Origin: Octopus sinensis
Lineage: Eukaryota
Direction of reading: 5' to 3'
DNA length: 64,000 nucleotides
NCBI RefSeq assembly: GCF_006345805.1
Contig: NC_043000.1
Coordinates: 125,364,001 to 125,428,000 of the forward strand
Under the pieces are notes generated by a model. That model ran no database searches. It was not told the DNA's origin and worked only from the letters and a program-made list of their open reading frames with translations. Position 1 is the stretch's first letter; each line of letters opens with the position of its first letter. This document shows positions 36,342 to 49,017 of this stretch, in pieces. Made by a program: the position numbers and the translations under genes.

Positions 36342-38859
36342 GTACTTATTTATTACTGTACAGCTAACAGCTCCACTTTTCCCTCTCTTCACCTACTTTG
36401 ATTACAATGGAGAGAACGAGTGTGGTTTAGAATGACAAGTAGCTGTAGTATCAATTTAGTATCAAGATGCGTAATCTTTTTTGCTAACGACAATTATGAA
36501 ATAACATTAATTGAACCTGATTATTCTAAATGGGGTCTCCTTCTTATCCTGTCTATATAGTTAAGCTGTTTAATACTCATTTTGCTGACCACCTTCAAAT
36601 ATGGTGCTAACTAATAATTGCAAAATATTCATGGTTGCTTGTAGGCTTAGATGATTAATTAATTTACAGTAGTTATTAAAGAAAATATTTTAAAAGAAAT
36701 TATACAAATATTAATTTCCGAAATTATTAAACCAAACGTTACGAAGAATAGGGAATATCGTTAGTTCCTGAAACTAATTTCTCTGTTCATTTTCTCCTTT
36801 TTTTTTTTTTTTTTTTTTTTATGTTATAGAAATATTGGTGTTTGTTAGGCTTCTAGCTGCAAAATCATAACGGACCTATCCAATTAATTCTAGAATATGT
36901 GCATTAATCTGCTGATGGAGATGATAAATTAGTCTATGAATAAATGATAATTTATTTAGGAAATGTGATTGTTGTCTTTAGTAGATTCTGCTTTGAAAGA
37001 ATTTTAAAAAAGAATTGTGTTGAATCGCTTTGCTTTCTTTCTTCTTTGTAAAGTGCAGTGTGACCTTTACAGAGCATAGATAAGTGGGTGGTAGGGATTA
37101 AATTTCTGGGCACACAGTGCAATCAGTGGGTGTATTTCAGATGTACTGAGGAGTATAAACCACCATTTCAAGGGCATTGTCACAATGAATAGAACACATC
37201 AAACACTAGCATCACCTGCTGCTGTACTTGTTGATTGGAGGTAGTTGTAAAATTCTGTTATTAGGTGATCCGATTAATGATTTTGGTGATGACAAGGTAT
37301 TATTACATGTTTTCATTAGAAGAGCAGCTAGATGGTATTGGAAGAATATTGTTATTGGGAAGCAATATATGAGCCATAAAATTAAAATATCAACAAAGGC
37401 AGGATCAGAAATGAAATGATTATGGAATGCTTCATGTATAATGTTCTTCATGCTATTTGGGCTGATCACCTTAGCTTCCAATTCATTAACTTGCATCTGA
37501 AAATGGAGATGAGCCTCCTCATTCCTCTGGGAATCTTTAAATACTTCTGTGTAGTTTAAATAGTTATTTTATTGATTTTTGGGAGGATGAAAGGCCTGAT
37601 GAGGTTTTGTATTGGGGATGGTGCAGCAGTCATGGCTGTTAAATAATCGACTCTGTATTTTACTGCTCAAAGTTAGGTGTTAGAAATTACAAAGAGTATC
37701 AAACTCTGTGTTATAAAGTCGGTGAATTTGAGATGTTTTCTTTGGTGACTTTGTTCTGAGTTCAATTCCACTACATGACAAATTGGGTACAACCAAAACT
37801 TTGAGTGCAATGATTGTTGGAAACTGTACTGAAGCTCGGTGTTTATCTGCATCGAGGTGGTGATGAATGAAGTGTCGAGTAATATGTGTGAAATTGATAT
37901 TTATCACCATAAGAAAATAGTATTTAAAAATTAAAGAATTCTGATACATTATCTGCACTCAGTAAAAAAGTTAATGTATGGGCATTAAAAAGTAATTGGG
38001 AATAAATTTGGTGAGTAAAACTACTGTTGGGAACTTGCAAATGACAGTTTTTAAGTTAACCCTTTCGAGCAAAGAGAATCTAAGAAAATAGATCTAAAAA
38101 CAAACATTAGAATTATGTAAAGTTTTTCTGTTGTCTTGGGGTATTGTCTTTGGATATTTAAATGGCAGGAGGATTTAATTAATCAAGGTTAAATCCTACC
38201 AAGAATTATATTTGAAATTTTAATTTAGTAAGAGAAATAATTCATAAACTAGAAGAAAAAACTAGAAGGAAACCTTTCTGCATTGAATGTTAAATTTTTC
38301 AGACATTTTGTTTATTCATTTATAAGTTTTCAGTTCATTATATTTCAAGACTAACTTGGTTTTCTTATTTAAAATTTACTGATTTCCTCCTCTTCTCCAT
38401 CCCCAATGACTTCTGATTCTCAATCATGCTAATTACTTCTTAATTTTCTTTATAATTTTTTATGAAAAATTGTTTATTGTAGTTTAATTATAACCGAGAT
38501 ACGTATTATTTATTCTATCATGATTGACTGTATTTTTGTCCTTGCAAATTAAGTCTATAGCTAATTAATTATATTTACTGTTTGTGCTTACTGGCCTCTG
38601 GAAACTGATTTTAATTTGATGAGAAATCAACAGGAATGCATAATGTATTGATTCAACAAGTCATCATTCTAGCAATATACCTATTGTTGAGATAAGCTTA
38701 CATCTTTTCTGCTATAATCTATACTGACTACATTGAACTCTTTGTAACTGGACTTGAACAAAGAGACTGGCTCAGACTGTTGCTCTTTTCTTTAGGTATA
38801 AATAAAAGGATTAAAAGTATATAAATACCTCTCACTGTTTGGTATTTGGATAATAGCAA

Positions 38860-39760
38860 TAGCAGTGACCCGCTCGCTATTGTCATTGTTTAACCCGAAT
38901 TGGCCAAGCACTAATCATATTTGGCTTGGAAATAAGTAAACTTATACAAATCTGAGCTGGTCTTCATGTTGTGCACCTCAATGAATTGCTTCCTAATATT
39001 CATGCAATGTTGGCTGAAGAACTTGAAATCTTTGGTCATCCCATCCAGATTAGTTGCATTCGTCATTTCTCTAAATGAAACAAACTACATGAATGCCTGA
39101 ACGAAATACCTGGATGCATTTCATGCCGAAGAACTGCTTTGCTATGCCCAAAGTAATGTAGTTCCTCTATACAACTGTAGTGTATTAGGTAATTGATTAC
39201 TTCACTGCTATTGATCAATTGATAAAGAGGTTAGCAAATAAATTCAATGTTAGTTTCAATGACACCACTTGGTTACAAACCACCATCATAGCAACACATA
39301 TTTGCACTCTTGGCCCTCATCACATTTCAGTGGGTTGATTGCATCCTTTGAGATGCTTCTGTCAGCAAAATTATGACAGTCCATCAGAACAAGTAACCAA
39401 AGGCATACATAAAAATGGTCATACTATTAGTGTTGAACATATACTGCCTTCTTTGTAGGAACAACCAATTCCTTTTGGCATTAAAACTATACTGATATTG
39501 AAAAAGAAACAATGGAATTGGGATGAGACACCAGTCGAGACTTCATCATAGGTAATTGCACAAGCATTACGAAATGGTTGTTTGGTTCAGTTGTTTTCCA
39601 GTGCCCTAGATTGGTATCAAGCTGGACAGTGGTGCTTTCTAAGTGATGTGCTTCTTTCCGTGGGTTTGGATGTGTGCCAAATGTTATATGGGTGTGATTA
39701 ATAGGTCAAGCTGATAAAGTTTCCTGCATTGGCAGGCTGTTTCACATACCCTGATATAAT
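38860..39760 (+). mobile_element. Highly degenerate Ty3/gypsy pol relic (RT-RNase H)
   Basis: EQPIPFGIKT (from 39459), then frameshift to NYTDIEKE (39485-39508) and later LIGQADKVSCI. These resemble gypsy RNase H 'EKPIAFASKTL...NYSQIEKE...LGHADGLSRL'. Confidence 0.65.
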
Positions 39761-39834
39761 ATCAAACAATCCTAAGGTTGTGCAGATGATGCATATTGAC
39801 TATCTTGGAGCTTGCAAAACTGGATTGCAGCTAT

Positions 39835-40240
39835 GGCAAACACTAATGGTATGACTATTTTTATGTATGCTTTAGATCACTTGTTCTGGTGGGTTGTCAG
39901 ATATTTTTTGCTGAGAGAAGCATCTCAGAGACTGTTATCAAGCCACTGAATGCTGTGATGAGGGCCAAGAGTGCAAATAGGTTTCTGCAAGACTCCTTTC
40001 ACAAGTAGAACCAGCAGCATTGTAAACAGTGTTGCTGGTTAACTGTGAGTCTTCATTATCACCATCAAAGGGAGTTGAAGTGACTGGTCTAGTAGCTTCT
40101 ACATCATAGTTGTGGCAACAAATTGATTTAGCTATATCTTGTAGGTCAGTGTGTTGCTGGAATATTGATGGCCACACCCTCTCTATTATTATTGTATCCA
40201 ATTTATGGACTCAACAGCTGTGTGCTACTTAACTGTTCTG
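39835..40240 (-). mobile_element. Second gypsy-related relic, opposite orientation
   Basis: 39839-39979 is the reverse complement of 39299-39434. Confidence 0.55.
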
Positions 40241-41144
40241 CCCACCAGTATGGTTAGGTTAGAAATATTTGTTTAGTTTATACATTTCTCATGGCACCAG
40301 CAGACAAAATGGAAAAGGCGTTGCTCTGGAGTATAGGGTGGGAGCTGTGGTGGTTAGGATTAATGTGGTTGGTTGAAATTAATATAGTAAACAAAGCCTG
40401 AACAAACTAGTGGTTGTACAAAAATGAATGCTAACGCTGACTGTGAGTATGAAATCAATGAAATCTCAATCTGATTTGGAGTGTTACTTTAGATCAGTGT
40501 TCACATATTGAGTTTCACATATTGACTGAAACAAGGAAATAATTGGAATAAAATGTACAACTGATTTAAAAACTCTTCATGTTCATTGTTTTCTCTAATG
40601 CTGAAAATGAAAAATTAAAATTACATTTCTTTTAATTTTAGTTCCATTCTTAAAAGACAAATTCTCTTTTGAGGATTTTTGTGTTCCATCTTTGTCATCA
40701 ACAAATTGTCTTTGCTTCTAACATTTTCAGCCTGAATAGATATTAGTAATGATTTTCACTAAAACAGTATGGATTCTTGTATACTTCTTGAAGTGATTAT
40801 CCAATCTGTCTTATGAATTATCATTTATTCAGTGGCATAGTTAGTGTTCTCTGCCTAGGGTATCCCTTGAGGCTTATTCAGTAGGCCCCAAAGTATCACC
40901 CCGATAAAATTGTTGTCCCAGGTAGACCCACCCCGCCAAGTTCTGCTACTATACTTTTTGTCTAAGAAAAAATCTGAAAAATCATTATTAGATACAGTAA
41001 TACTTTGAGTTGTGAAAAACTGATTAAACCTCTTGTCTGTAATCTATATACTGTATGTACCTAGTCATGTGACAACAGAACAATTTCTTAATGTTTATTA
41101 TGTGTTTAGGGATACTTTTTTTTTAAAGTAAGCTTATCAACTAG

Positions 41145-41505
41145 CTGCAGGCCTTGCTGTGTGGTTAAGCTCACTGTGCAACCATAATGTTTTGGGTTCA
41201 GTCCCACTGCACAGTACCTTAGGCAAGTGTCTTTTACTATAGCCCCAAGCTAAACCAGTACCTTATGAGTGCATTTGGTAGATGGGAACTATGGAAGCTC
41301 ATCATGCGTGTGTTTGTTTGTGTCTTCCCTCTCACACGACAACAGGTGTTTGTTTGTGTGTCTCTAACTTAGCAGTTCAGCAAAAGAGACTGATTGAATA
41401 AGTACCAGTCTTTAATACTAGGGTTGATTTGACTAAACCCTTCGAGGTGATGCCCCAGCATGGTCACAGTCCAGTGACTGAAACTAGTAAAAGATAAAAA
41501 AAGAT
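41145..41505 (+). mobile_element. SINE family A
   Basis: gctgtgtggttaag...gggttcagtcccactgc...gactgaaactagtaaaagataaaa. Confidence 0.85.
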
Positions 41506-41974
41506 AACTCTATTCTTCAACAATCAGTCAACTTTCTAACTGTTTTTATTTGCAACATAAATAACCTCTTCTCTAGGATTTCAGATTTTTATATGCCCTG
41601 TATTAAGATAGTTTTCTTTTCTGGAATGACATCAAAACTCTTTCTATAGTTTTGGCTTTCCATTAAGCAGCAACAATTCAAACTAAAATATGAATTCTGT
41701 TCACATCATGTCTTTAATTTTTTGGTTGATTGGTTCAGAAGCTTTGTTCTTTCGTGTCAGATAAACAAACATTTCAAATATATAACTGTTATCTGTATTA
41801 ATGTTACTATGTTACTGGCAATAATGTATATGCAACATGATTTTCTTTCAAATAGTTCTTCTTCTTTGAAACGAAGCAAAATAGTAAAATTCATCATTGT
41901 CATTGTTTAACATCCACTTTTCCTTGCTTACACGAGTTGGGCATAATTTACTGAGGCAGATTTTCTGTGATCAG

Positions 41975-42500
41975 ATACCCTTCCTATCACCAATCTTGGG
42001 TGGTGGAGGTATGAGACTAGTGAATTTTTGAGGAACAGAAATCAGTATAGTAGAGATAGAAAAGATAAGTGAGAGGAGACAGCATGCCTGTGGGTCAGAG
42101 CCAGGAGTGGGTCTGTTGGCAGTTGAATGCAAGCCAGTTGGGTGGTCCTGCTCAGTGTAGTTCAGAATGTCTGTGTGCATAATTGCATTCCAGATGTGGG
42201 TGCAGTATTCCCCGAGCCTCATTTCAGCTTTGTAGAATGTCAGTAGTTGTTGATTAGTTATATAAAGTCCAGTTTGACATTCTGGACATGTTGTGGTCTT
42301 ACTACTAGTCAGTGTTTCTGTATACCTATAGATTCTGGTTGTGGCCTTGGCAATAAAGAACTGAGGAGTGGGTAGACTTTGTCGGAGCCTCACAATTGCT
42401 CTTCCTCTGAATTTATTATTGGTACTTTCTGTTCTTCTTTGCTTTATTGTTAGAATAATATAAAGTTGAAGAGATACTTGGTGTGGCTCTTGTGCTAACA
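41975..42500 (-). mobile_element. CR1/L2-group LINE ORF2 C-terminal relic
   Basis: The 183-aa ORF contains LLTFYKAEMRLGEYCTHIWNA and FTSLIPPP, resembling 'LLTLYKAQVRPxMEYCSHIWGG...ELxxxIPPP'. Confidence 0.75.
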
Positions 42501-44347
42501 TGCTGCAACAAATACATAGCATTAGTCATAAAGTTGTTTAATGGCTTAGTAATTAATATTTAGTTAGTCAAAGATTTAAAAGAAGTTCCAAGACTGCTAT
42601 TTTATTACAAACCTGAGACTGCTCCTACTTCTAAAGAAAAACTTCAGTTTAACATGATCCAAATAAAAAAAACCTTCCATTCAAATTTCATGTTGATTTG
42701 TTCTAAGCACTAGTTTAATAACAAGTTCATTTACTAAATTCGTCATTGTTTTAAAAGTTAATTGAAACACAGGTGGTGTATTTCATCTGAAATATGGCAA
42801 TAAAAGTGTTAAACTGCCAGCTTTAAATAACAAAAAAACTCTACTTGTCTGCTGTTATTTTCTTAAAATATCTTGTATTTTCTTACTGTCACATCTTATC
42901 AATCTAATTGCACTAGTGAATTGGTTTTGTTGATTCAGTCGTGCAAGTACATATTGGTTTTTGTTATAATCTTATGTTTCATCAATCTTGCTAAGTACTT
43001 TATGGTTAGTTTTCCATACAAAGTGTGATAGTTAGTTATCATAGTTCTCAACTAATTGGTTTTATTTTTTGTTTTGTTTTGTTTTTTCTTTAGTTTTATC
43101 GAGATGGTGCAGTGACTGAATTGATGACTGGAACATCATGAAATGACTGTTTTAATGAGCATTATTTCACACACAGACAAGATAGTGAATGAAATCTCTT
43201 GCTTGAGCTTTTTAAACACCTGTCACTCTTGTTAAATATGCAGTGACCCAGTGATTACTGTATTTTCGGGTATGTAGGGTGCACAGGCCCAATTTGGCAG
43301 GCATAATCTGTGAGAATAGAAAAACTGAAGCTAGCCCCAAATTCCCAAGCTGAATTCTCATGCATTTTCATGTGAAGAAACCAGGAAAATTTAGACTTAT
43401 GCCATTTAGTAAGCTAGTATATATCTTAAGCAACTAACCTTGAATGGGAAGATCTGCAAACAGATCTCTAACTTTTGGAGAATTCGTTGCAATTACTTCC
43501 TCCAGAGTCATATCCCAATGATGATCATTTTCATTGCAAAAAATCATGTAAAAAAAAAATTGCTGAAAATAATTGAATTTTGCAATTAATTTTGATTATT
43601 CCCCAAATTTATTTCCAAGTTATAAAGATTGTTCTGGTCCAAAATTTGTCGCAAAAAATCACGTAAAAAAAATCACCAAAAACAATTGCACTAATGAAAA
43701 CTTGGAAATTCAAAATTTCAGGATTGTGGGTCTGGCTTTTGCTTGGAATGTTTTTAATTTACTCAGTCAGCCTGATTCAAAAATGGTATATGTTGGGCTA
43801 CGGCCTCTAAGAGTAAAGTTGAAAAAGTGTAACACATGCATTTATTATATTAGATTATGGTAGGCTAAGTTATGATATTTACCTTAACACTACCAATTAT
43901 CCTCACTGGCCTTCACTGTCACCAGAATTGTCCATAATTAATAACACTAACCAAGTCTACCCTAAGCCTGATCTTCAGTATATGAGGTGCAGGGGAATTT
44001 TGGTGGGGAGGGAAGTGTGCCTTATAAGCCAGAAACTATGGTAACTTTTTAGAAATGTGTATCAACTGTGCTATTGACTGCTAATTACAGTAAAGAAAGA
44101 AAACAAACCACAAGCCACATTCTAACTTGTAAAAATAAAGCAATACAGCTACTTTACAAAATTTGAAGAACCAGCACACCCATACTAATCTTACTTTTGC
44201 AACCATGTGGTTTGGGGCATTTTGGGATATGTCCTTTACTGGAACTTCAGACTGACTGATTCCTTGTGAGTGAATTTGGTTGGTGGAAACTTTGTGGAAG
44301 CCCACTAAAACAACACTGGTTGTCAAGTACCTGGGGAACACAAAATA

Positions 44348-44476
44348 CATCACCATTTAATGTCTGTTTTTCCATGCTGGTGTGGTTTGGATGGTTTGAC
44401 AGCAATCTTCTAGCTTGCCAGTTCCTGTCAAACTGTCCAACCCATGCCAGCATGGAAAACAGATGTTAAATAATGA
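44348..44476. repeat. Hairpin formed by two RTE 3' termini (family E)
   Basis: 44348-44402 pairs with 44425-44476 around a 22-nt loop. Confidence 0.85.
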
Positions 44477-45256
44477 TTGTGTGTGTTGGTTTGTTTATGT
44501 CCCCATATCTTAGCAGTTCAACTAAGCATGGAAAACTGACATTAAATAATGATAGTGTGTGTGATGGTTTGTTTATGTCCCCCATAACTTAGCAGTTCAA
44601 CTGAAAAAGTACCAGACTTTAAAAATAAATACTCAGGACAATTTGTTCAGTTATACCCTTCAAAGCAATACCCCAACATGGCCATATTTAATGATTGATA
44701 CTAGTATGATAAAACACCGAAAACAAGGAAGCTGTTAAATGATAAGGCCTTGTCTGGTAATGAATCTTGATATGCTGTTGTGAAGGAATTCTTCATAAAG
44801 ATGGGAATTTGGTGATCTTTGATGCATGAACACATTTGGCATGACTTACTAACCCTGAGGTGGGAATATTCTAAAATAATTCTGAGCAACAGGAAATTTG
44901 TGTTGTAGTGGAGTTTGCCCTTGAATTTTATTACATCAGTTGTTTCATTGTAGTGCTCAGGGGATTCAAGTTGTTTCTTGGTAGGACGTTTGATGAGGAA
45001 GATGAAGAATAGTTTGTCTGTGTGATGTCTGATCTGGGAAATGGTTGAGCTATGGGGAATTGTAGATGGTTGGAATGATCTTTTTACTTCAAACAGTGAT
45101 GCTAATTTTATTTTGTGCTAAAGCTATGGCAGTGAGTGGAATTGAGGTTAAAGCAAATAGAAATGAACTTCAAGTGAAGCATCACAAATTGCTAGTTTAT
45201 TGGTAAAATAGATTTATACTGAAGGATTGTAATATACACATTGTGTGCGTGCGTAT

Positions 45257-45293
<37 letters not shown>

Positions 45294-45367
45294 AAAATTT
45301 ATTTTGGTCAAGTCAATCTCTTGCTATTTTGTCTGAAGATCCTGTGTATTCACTGGTGAAACTCGAT

Positions 45368-45655
45368 TCTTTCCTACTCTAGGCACAAGGCCCGAAATTT
45401 TTGGGGCGGGGGCCCAGTCAATTATATCAACCCAAGTATGCAACTGGTACTAAATTTATTGACCCCGAAAGGATGAAAGGCGAAATTTGAACTCAGAACA
45501 TAAAGACAGATGAAATGCTGCTAAGTATTTCGCCTGGTGTGCTAACGTTTCTGCCAGCTCGCCACCTTTAAATCAATGTTTTCTTTTCTACTCTAGGCAC
45601 AGGCCCTGAAATTTGGTGGGAGGGGGCCAGTCAATTAGACCGATCCCCAGTAGTC
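45368..45655 (-). mobile_element. SINE family B plus adjacent partial monomer
   Basis: ttctttcctactctaggcacaaggcccgaaatt...gccagctcgccacc, then a second ctctaggcacaggccctgaaatt. Confidence 0.85.
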
Positions 45656-46290
45656 AACATTAGACAAGTGTGTGTGTAGAAAAAGAGAGAAAGAAAGGGA
45701 GAACTTGGGTTTTGGTCATTATTTGTGCAGGCCCTGTCTAACTTAATAGCAGCATGTATAGTAGTCTTAAGTCATGTTTTGGGCACACTGTAGCCACTTG
45801 AGTATGGAGTTGTTCCTTTTCCAAAATACATTCTGAGTATTGATGGTTTGTCTTATATTTCATGAAGGACACAGGTGTTCTTTTGCAGTTTCTTTTGAGA
45901 TAGTAGTATTGAAATGAAGCAGAACCAGTTGATGTTAAAAAAAAGGCTGTAAAGTTGTGTTGCAGTGTTATGCGATGCAAGCTCTCCTCTCCTCTGCTCT
46001 CCTCCTCTTGCCCTCCCTCTTTCCCCATCCCTCCCCCTCTCTACAGTATTATTTCTACTTGCTTGTCATTACATTGTAGCTATGCTGGGGTACAAAATTT
46101 TCATGTACATCTTTTACTCATATTTTCATATACATGTATACAAAAGACACTTAATATGTTTATACACTTTAAATGTATGCTTGCATCAAGTACAGACTTC
46201 TGACACACTTGTGCATATGCATATACACATACAGGATAGATTCTTAAATGTGCACTTTTATGTGCATGCATTAAACATACATGCATCGTA

Positions 46291-46736
46291 TACATAGTCT
46301 CATACACATACATAGTCTCATACACATACATAGTCTCATACACATACATAGTCTCATACACATACATAGTCTCATACACATACTAGTCTCATACACATAC
46401 ATAGTCTCATACACATACATAGTCTCATACACATACATAGTCTCATACACATACATAGTCTCATACACATACATAGTCTCATACACATACATAGTCTCAT
46501 ACACATACATAGTCTCATACACATACATAGTCTCATACACATACATAGTCTCATACACATACATAGTCTCATACACATACATAGTCTCATACACATACTA
46601 GTCTCATACACATACATAGTCTCATACACATACATAGTCTCATACACATACATAGTCTCATACACATACATAGTCTCATACACATACATAGTCTCATACA
46701 CATACATAGTCTCACACATACATAGTCTCACACACA
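46291..46736. repeat. Minisatellite, 25 units of 18-bp TACATAGTCTCATACACA
   Basis: Counted directly. Units 6 and 18 are 17-nt TACTAGTC variants and units 24-25 are degenerate. Source of several spurious ORFs. Confidence 0.97.
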
Positions 46737-48609
46737 TATACACACATATACGCCCCCCACTCTTCCCCCTTTTCTCACATACACACATGCAATTATTTTT
46801 CTGTTTAACATTAGCTGCAAGGTAGTATTTTTTTTGACTCATCCTTTTATAAAAAGCCCTGTTGCTTTTTTTTATATTTTATATATTACCCTTTCAGGGT
46901 TTTGAGATGGTGCAGTCTATTTAGACTAGTTGAATAGATTTGAATTCATAGTTGCTTTAATTTAATGTAAAAATCTATTGATTTATTCAGTGCAGTGTGT
47001 ATATTCATTTAAAATTGCTTCTGACTTTGAAAAATATATACATTATTTTCCTCTACTCGAATTATCTATCAAATGAAAGAATTGAAATCTTTTTCTCCTT
47101 TTCTATGCTAAAACCTGTAATTACAAGAATAAAAGAACCAGTCTGTCACATACGTTTGTTTGGTTTATCGGACTGAGTTAAACCTGTTAACTTATTTTCA
47201 GTTAGTATTATCTTTTAGCTTCGATTATATTGAGTTTATGAACTCCAGATATATATATATATATATATGACTTGCATATTGCTTGGAAGTTTTATATTGA
47301 TTTGCAGATATATATCTACTACTGTCTTTAATATATCAAAGAATGTCATTTTTTCTTCCTTTTGGAATGAAAGCCTGAGCCTGATAGTAGTATATCATTT
47401 GAATGACAAGCTGTAGATATCTCATTCTTCCTCTCCAGACTGATAGCTTTTCTGCTTGATACCATGCAATATAATTGAAAGAACTTTAGTGTGTTTATGT
47501 ATGTATGGAAAATATCAGTTTCTATGTCAATATTTTGTTTAAATTTTAAAGAATCTTGCCTATAATCAATATAGCATCTTTATCATAAATTATATATATC
47601 ATTTTACATTCACTTACTATGCTGGCATGGTTTTGATGATTTGGCAAGCCAGCAGACTGTGCCAGTCTCCACTACGTGCTTTGACATGTTTTCTACATAA
47701 GGATATATGCGTGTGTGTGTGTGTGTGTGTGTGTAAATAGATATATATTCCTGTCAAGATGATTTTTAAAATGTTAATCATGTCAATATTTTTGAATAAG
47801 AATTTCGTAGACCTATGGCCATTACAGGTCTGCCCAGAATGGTGAGGTTTGATGAGATTAATGTTAAACACAGACTTCTGTTATGTGGCTGTAGAAGGAA
47901 AAAACCCCAAAAAAACATGGTACAGGGAAGAATTTCAGAAGGTAGCTGTTCTTGGGTAAGTGTTTAGAGTTTTGTCTAGGTGAACTATAGTAAAGGTGAT
48001 GATGATGATGGGAAGAGGAAAGCGAGGTAGGATGAGTGACCCTGGGTGGAGACTGCATGCAGATTGCTAGTTTAGACAAGCAAGGTTGTTGTAGAGGTAG
48101 AGTGAGGACACATCTGTGAGTCCTTGCTGATCGGTTAAAATGGCCTTTTGCAAATCCCACCTTTTGATCAAAGGAATGAACACATCATAAATTCTTATCT
48201 ATCTCTAGCTGTCTAGCTTCTCTGTCAGTTTGGTCAAATAGTATTCTTATTGCCTGTGAACCAAAGAAACTTCTATGAAGTTAATTGAACTACTGATATA
48301 GCTGCCAAATCTCCTTTTAAAGCTCTCCCTTACTATCTTTGAACTTACATGTTCAAGCTCAACATCTTAAGACGGTATTTTCATTATAAAGACAAGTTTA
48401 TCAAGAATTCTGATAGAATAAGGAAGGACAGTACTATTAATTTCCTACATCTGTCTGGGTTTCAAAAGATTTCCTTCAACTATTCAACAATTACTAATTT
48501 GTTTTATGGTGTTTTTCATCTGTTCCTTTCTTCCTGTGGCTAAGAAACAAGTACCAGTAATATGTTCTTGGGTTGATGCAATTATTTTTTTTTTCCTCTA
48601 TAAAAGTTG

Positions 48610-49017
48610 TTTGATACACACCACTAACACGCACACATTATAGGTACAATTATCTGTCTAAATAATTAATTCAGGGAACTAGTGGTGGTGTATAAAGATA
48701 GACTTGCTGTTTGGATCACGTCAGTCCTGATTAAACACTTATATAAAAAAAAAATGCATTCCAGCTACAATCATTTTTTGGGCTTTTTTTTTTTGTCCTG
48801 TCCACTTTATCCTTTTGATACACACCACTAACACGCACACATTATAGGTACAATTATCTGTCTAAATAATTAATTCAGGGAACTAGTGGTGGTGTATAAA
48901 GATGGACTTGCTGTTTGGATCACGTCAGTCCTGATTAAACACTTATATAAAAAAAAATGCATTCCAGCTACAATCATTTTTTGGGCTTTTTTTTTTTGTC
49001 CTGTCCACTTTATCCTT
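48610..49017. repeat. Near-perfect tandem duplication, period 204 bp
   Basis: 48610-48813 is repeated at 48814-49017. The differences seen are gatagac/gatggac and homopolymer lengths. Confidence 0.95.

Noticed and set aside
45333-45368. CUGAAGA...GAAA hammerhead-like string
   Set aside because: Stem II is mismatched and no stem I partner exists because a SINE tail follows. At best a truncated remnant.
46291-46736. Regular repeat array as possible CRISPR
   Set aside because: Head-to-tail units with no unique spacers, eukaryotic context, no cas genes.
46101-46842. Long ORFs (MYETMYVYET..., CMRLCM...)
   Set aside because: They are translations of the 18-bp minisatellite, which lacks stops in several frames.
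43094-46916. Identical 13-mer GAGATGGTGCAGT after two acceptor-like sites (43101 and 46904)
   Set aside because: Chance 13-mer matches are expected in 64 kb, the frames differ, both reach stops quickly and neither resembles KIF13.
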